64,000 bases of DNA from Pavona decussata (Eukaryota): contig CDRNST010000218.1 of NCBI GenBank assembly GCA_977016875.1, forward strand, positions 1,302,001-1,366,000, read 5' to 3'. The position numbers and the translations under genes are program-made. Positions 60,301-64,000 of the stretch are shown piece by piece. Every line of letters starts with the position of its first letter. Position 1 is the stretch's first letter. Below the pieces are notes generated by a model that ran no database searches, was not told the DNA's origin, and saw only the letters and a list, made by a program, of their open reading frames with translations.

Positions 60301-61470
60301 CTAAAGTAATCCCTGAAACAAAGTAATTCTGCGCTCTGTTAAAAAGGTACAAACTTCTATTACACTTGGCAGCAACCACCTCGGGTGATGCCAGATCGAT
60401 GAGGTACATTTGAAATCTTTTATTTGTTTGAAAATGTGTTCAACTCTAACGCGCTTTCTCGCAAGCTCTCTGTTAAACTTTCTTGCCCTACGTCTTTCTC
60501 TGTTGTTCTGCATTGCGCGTATTTGTGCTTGACAAAACGGTGTTAGCAAAGGAACATTATCAGGATACCCTTTATCAGCTAGGAGCACTACTCCGTTCGG
60601 CAAATCTAGCACCTGCCCTTGACCAACAGGTTCCATTAGGCGGAATGCTTGGGAGTCGTGCATGCCTCCAAGAAAGCCTGTCTGTAAAAATCGAATGTGA
60701 CCTGTGTTGTCACAAATTAGTTGAGTGTTTAATAAATGAAAGTGCCTGTGTCCACTATAAAATTCTCTCTGTGGCTCTGTTGAGGGAACCTGAATTTCAT
60801 GTGGCGTAACGTCGATGCTTCCTACTGCATCTGGAAATTCTGGCCAATTATTGCGCAGCGCGTCTCATTCTCTAATGTTAGGCCAAATGACAGAGGATCT
60901 GAAATGGCGCCACAGAATTATGACTCCCTGGTAGATATAAGCACTAACCGTCTGGGGACTGACATCAAACATTAGTGCTAGCGTGTGGACATGTGGGTAT
61001 CGCCAAAGCCAAATTAATACAAGAAGTAATCTGTTAATAACGTTTAGCTTAGTGCGCCCCATTCTTTGCCTTGGGTTGCCCCGCCTTGTTATCATAAAGA
61101 AATGCCAAGTAGTTTCTCGAGCCATTTGAAGGAATGAGTCTGTTGTTTCACCGGTATTCAACCAAAAGAGATACTCTTGATTTGAAATAAGTGCAAAGAG
61201 GTCACGCCCTTGAAACTGGTGGCCATGGAATCCATAGAATAGTCTGTCTCGGAGTGGTAGCTGAATTTCAAAAGGAAGCTCTAGAACCGATGTAAGGAAT
61301 GCCAGTAACTGTCCTATAATAAGCGTGAGTAATGTACATACGCGAAGTATTTCGTGCCTGTTTTCTTGACGAGGTAAAGGTGGGGGAATTAGTACCAAGT
61401 AACGAGCAAAGGCAGCTAGAACTCTTAGTAAAATTGCGACTCGTATAAACTCAATGCGATTCATTTCCAT
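60301..61470 (-). pseudogene. Harbinger transposase with a single in-frame stop (60865-60867)
   Basis: GSIDVTPH, FYSGHRH, HDSQ, LADKGY and RVRVEHIF are all in one frame. Confidence 0.9.
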
Positions 61471-61991
61471 AAGATGGCTTTAGCTGATCGCCTTGTGAGT
61501 TTGATATAAAAGGACAAAGAGTCTGTCTCGAATGAAAGGCATGATTTACGGCTGTCAAAAAAGAACAATAATCATGGCGTTCGCAAATTTTCTCGTGCCT
61601 TAAACTCGTGCACTTCATTCCCACATCTGTTCATAGAGAGGTGACAAATAAGCCCAATTCATCCTCTAATTTTTCGGATAATTGCAATTTTTTTAAAGAC
61701 ATTGCGGAGGAACAACAGCAGCAACAGCACAAAAGTCGGTGACAACAAGAGGGTAATAGTGCTGCAGTCACACCTCACCTTTACATTTACCGACTGTTGT
61801 CCAAAACCTTTCTAACAGCTTATCCCGCGCCCAGCTCATGATAGTGCTACGAATAGCATTCTTTTTTGACTGTCAAAAGGACAAAAAAACACGTGCATTT
61901 CAAGTGCGTGGATTTCGCACCAAGTTCTGATTAGGCGAGCTAAAATTTTGGCTATAAAAAGCCGAAATTGTTAATGTGAAAGCGAACGAAC

Positions 61992-62639
61992 ATGGCGGGA
62001 TTATGGAGACCGTTCGAAGAGGCATCATCTTGGGTAAAACAGCCCGCCGAAGGAAGGACAAAAATGTGCGTCAGAGTTTGGGAGAACGAAAAAAGAATTG
62101 TGATGGAAGCTTATCTGTACTCCGGGAACAACGGATGGAACGCAGTATTAAGGTCTGTAAGAGAGAAGGCCGAACAGCTCCCACTTAGCTCCAAGGTGAT
62201 TGACTTTTACCTAGACGAAAAAGAGAGTTCCTACTGCATTCGGCGGATGGAGCGCATTGTCCGCGAAGAAACAACAACAGCAGCAAAAGATTCACGGAGA
62301 TCGGCTTCGACCTCAACTGGACCACCGACAATATTTATAGAGGACGAAAGCACTGCCCGTGGTATGGCAGCTAAGGTTGTGGACAGGCAAATGAGGTATG
62401 CAAAGAAGCGCACTCCTGTGGAACGGCGCCAGGAAAAGCTTAACCACTTTGTGGCCAGTTCATCAGAAGAGGCGGAAGCAGAGGCTGAAACACCTCCAAA
62501 AAAGAAGGCAAAGACCATAAGGGAGGCAACGATGGAAGCGCAGACGACGCACACGAAGATGTGTACGAAAGCGCTCAAGGGGATAGAGAAAATGTCAAGT
62601 ATTCTTGACAAATTAGAGAGAAAACTGGATGACATGTAG
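61992..62639 (+). CDS. Harbinger second ORF (putative DNA-binding/coiled-coil protein)
   Basis: Intact 215-aa ORF, TATAAAA at 61954, AATAAA downstream, Trp-spaced N-terminal helices, inside the TIRs. Confidence 0.7.
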   Translation: MAGLWRPFEEASSWVKQPAEGRTKMCVRVWENEKRIVMEAYLYSGNNGWNAVLRSVREKAEQLPLSSKVIDFYLDEKESSYCIRRMERIVREETTTAAKDSRRSASTSTGPPTIFIEDESTARGMAAKVVDRQMRYAKKRTPVERRQEKLNHFVASSSEEAEAEAETPPKKKAKTIREATMEAQTTHTKMCTKALKGIEKMSSILDKLERKLDDM

Positions 62640-63678
62640 AATGCACTGGGAATCGAACTGAGCTACATTATGATAAGATGATAATAGAAATAAATCTTGT
62701 ATATCGAAATGATATGTCATGCTTATTGAAAATCTAAAATAAAATCACAGAAATACAAATTAGTTTTCTGTTCATTGTTATTTTTATTGTTGCGAAGTTA
62801 CTACCAAGTGTAATAAAAGTTTGTACCTTTTTAACAGAGCGCAGAATTACTTTGTTTCAGGGATTACTTTAGCATGTTGCAAAAACAAACAGCCCTGATA
62901 ATTAAATCAAAATAACAACCACGAAGCAGTTGTTTAGTCAATAGCTATTATGAGGCGGTGCGTGCGCGCATTTCTGTTATTGTTATTTGCATGTCCAACG
63001 TAAGTAGTTTGATATTTGCATACGCAACGCTCTTGTGCGGAACAACTCTATTTTGTTGGAGAGAGTAAACAGATAAAGTACAAATCGTGCGCTGATTAAA
63101 AGAGAAATTCTTACTTCAGTTAAACTGTTTCCATGGTAATATACTGGCGCGAAATTTTTTCTCGGCCGAGTTATTTAAATTTTTGGATTTAATTTTTACG
63201 TCAAAACAAAGAAAATGCAAAGATTTACAGTCCATAAAGCACCTACCATTGATGGAATAGACGAGCTAGTAGGTTTGAACATTTTACCAGCAAATTTTAT
63301 TGAAAATTTGCTACCGCCGAGATATAAACAACAACATGAAAACAGTGATGAATAAATGTCACAACCAGAAGCAAGAATAAAAAGAGCAACCATACTAGTA
63401 CCCAAAAACGAAAACAGAGCATTGTTATCCTAGCTTAGATGCCGTGGAGATTTAGAAATTTTTTGGACAAGCACTTTTGGGTTTTAGACAACCACATTCT
63501 TTGTGACTGTTGACGAAAGGAAAGGTGGATCAAAAATATTATGTTACCTTGTATTTATACATATTCACCAAACTGGAGGTGAATAATGGTGGACATTTGC
63601 TGAGTGGCAAGGAAAATATATATGTACAACTCTCCAATGACACCAAGGTAAATTTAACCAGCAAAAATTTAGTTACCA

Positions 63679-63787
63679 GGCCCCAGTTGTTTGAAAGGTG
63701 GATAGCGCTATCAACCGGATAACACAATTGATTTTGTTAATGCTTATCCACTGGGTAGCGCTATCCACTCTTTGAACAACCAGTGCC
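63679..63787. mobile_element. small palindromic MITE
   Basis: GTTGTTTGAAAGGTGGATAGCGCTA / TAGCGCTATCCACTCTTTGAACAAC. Confidence 0.75.
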
Positions 63788-64000
63788 AGTACTTTATTTG
63801 TGAGAATGGGGAAAAATGTGAACCAAAAATCTAGACTAATCCTTGGAGGTATATGGTTGCCCACAACTGCCATAGCTGTTTTTCTTGTTTTTTTGTAGAT
63901 TGTTTCCTTAAAAATAGTTTCACTTTATAAAAATAAATAAACTTAAGTTACGTTTGATTTAATATAACACGAAATATACACAAACATTACCAACAGCCAA

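Larger units (their letters stand above)
60122..63049 (-). mobile_element. PIF/Harbinger transposon with ~260-bp TIRs and divergent genes
   Basis: AGAGTTGTTCCGCACAA.../...TTGTGCGGAACAACTCT and TSD ATT. Confidence 0.92.

Overview
Eukaryotic (animal) genomic DNA, probably a stony coral or other cnidarian (inferred from the repeat families, not proven). Almost the whole window is nested transposable elements, and I found no intact host gene. Most insertions can be delimited by terminal repeats and target-site duplications (TSDs), and removing them restores the interrupted reading frames. Nest 1: a spliced CACTA/EnSpm-like transposase gene (minus, ~18613 to ~6355). Its first exon holds a 1.5-kb TIR element. 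One intron holds an L1/Tx1-type LINE with intact ends but most of ORF2 deleted (6655-15213), which itself holds a MITE and a near-intact young Gypsy element (8647-13670). Nest 2: a truncated Gypsy (minus, 23532-31850) whose pol is split by a 5,056-bp element with Polinton/Maverick termini (AGTAGT...ACTACT, 6-bp TSD). That element carries only small zinc-finger or unknown ORFs and none of the core Polinton genes; it is the most unusual object here. Nest 3: a zinc-ribbon/HECT-like pseudogene split by a Harbinger (37749-57920). The Harbinger holds a piggyBac-like element, which holds a split-direct-repeat tyrosine-recombinase retrotransposon, which holds an Academ element. The Harbinger also holds two pogo-family transposons. 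Also present: two complementary halves of a hAT-like transposon, a second Harbinger with ~260-bp TIRs, an R4/Dong fragment in a (TAA)n tail, CR1/L2 fragments, a tRNA-derived SINE, MITEs and tandem arrays. Family assignments come from motif recognition by eye; no database search was run.
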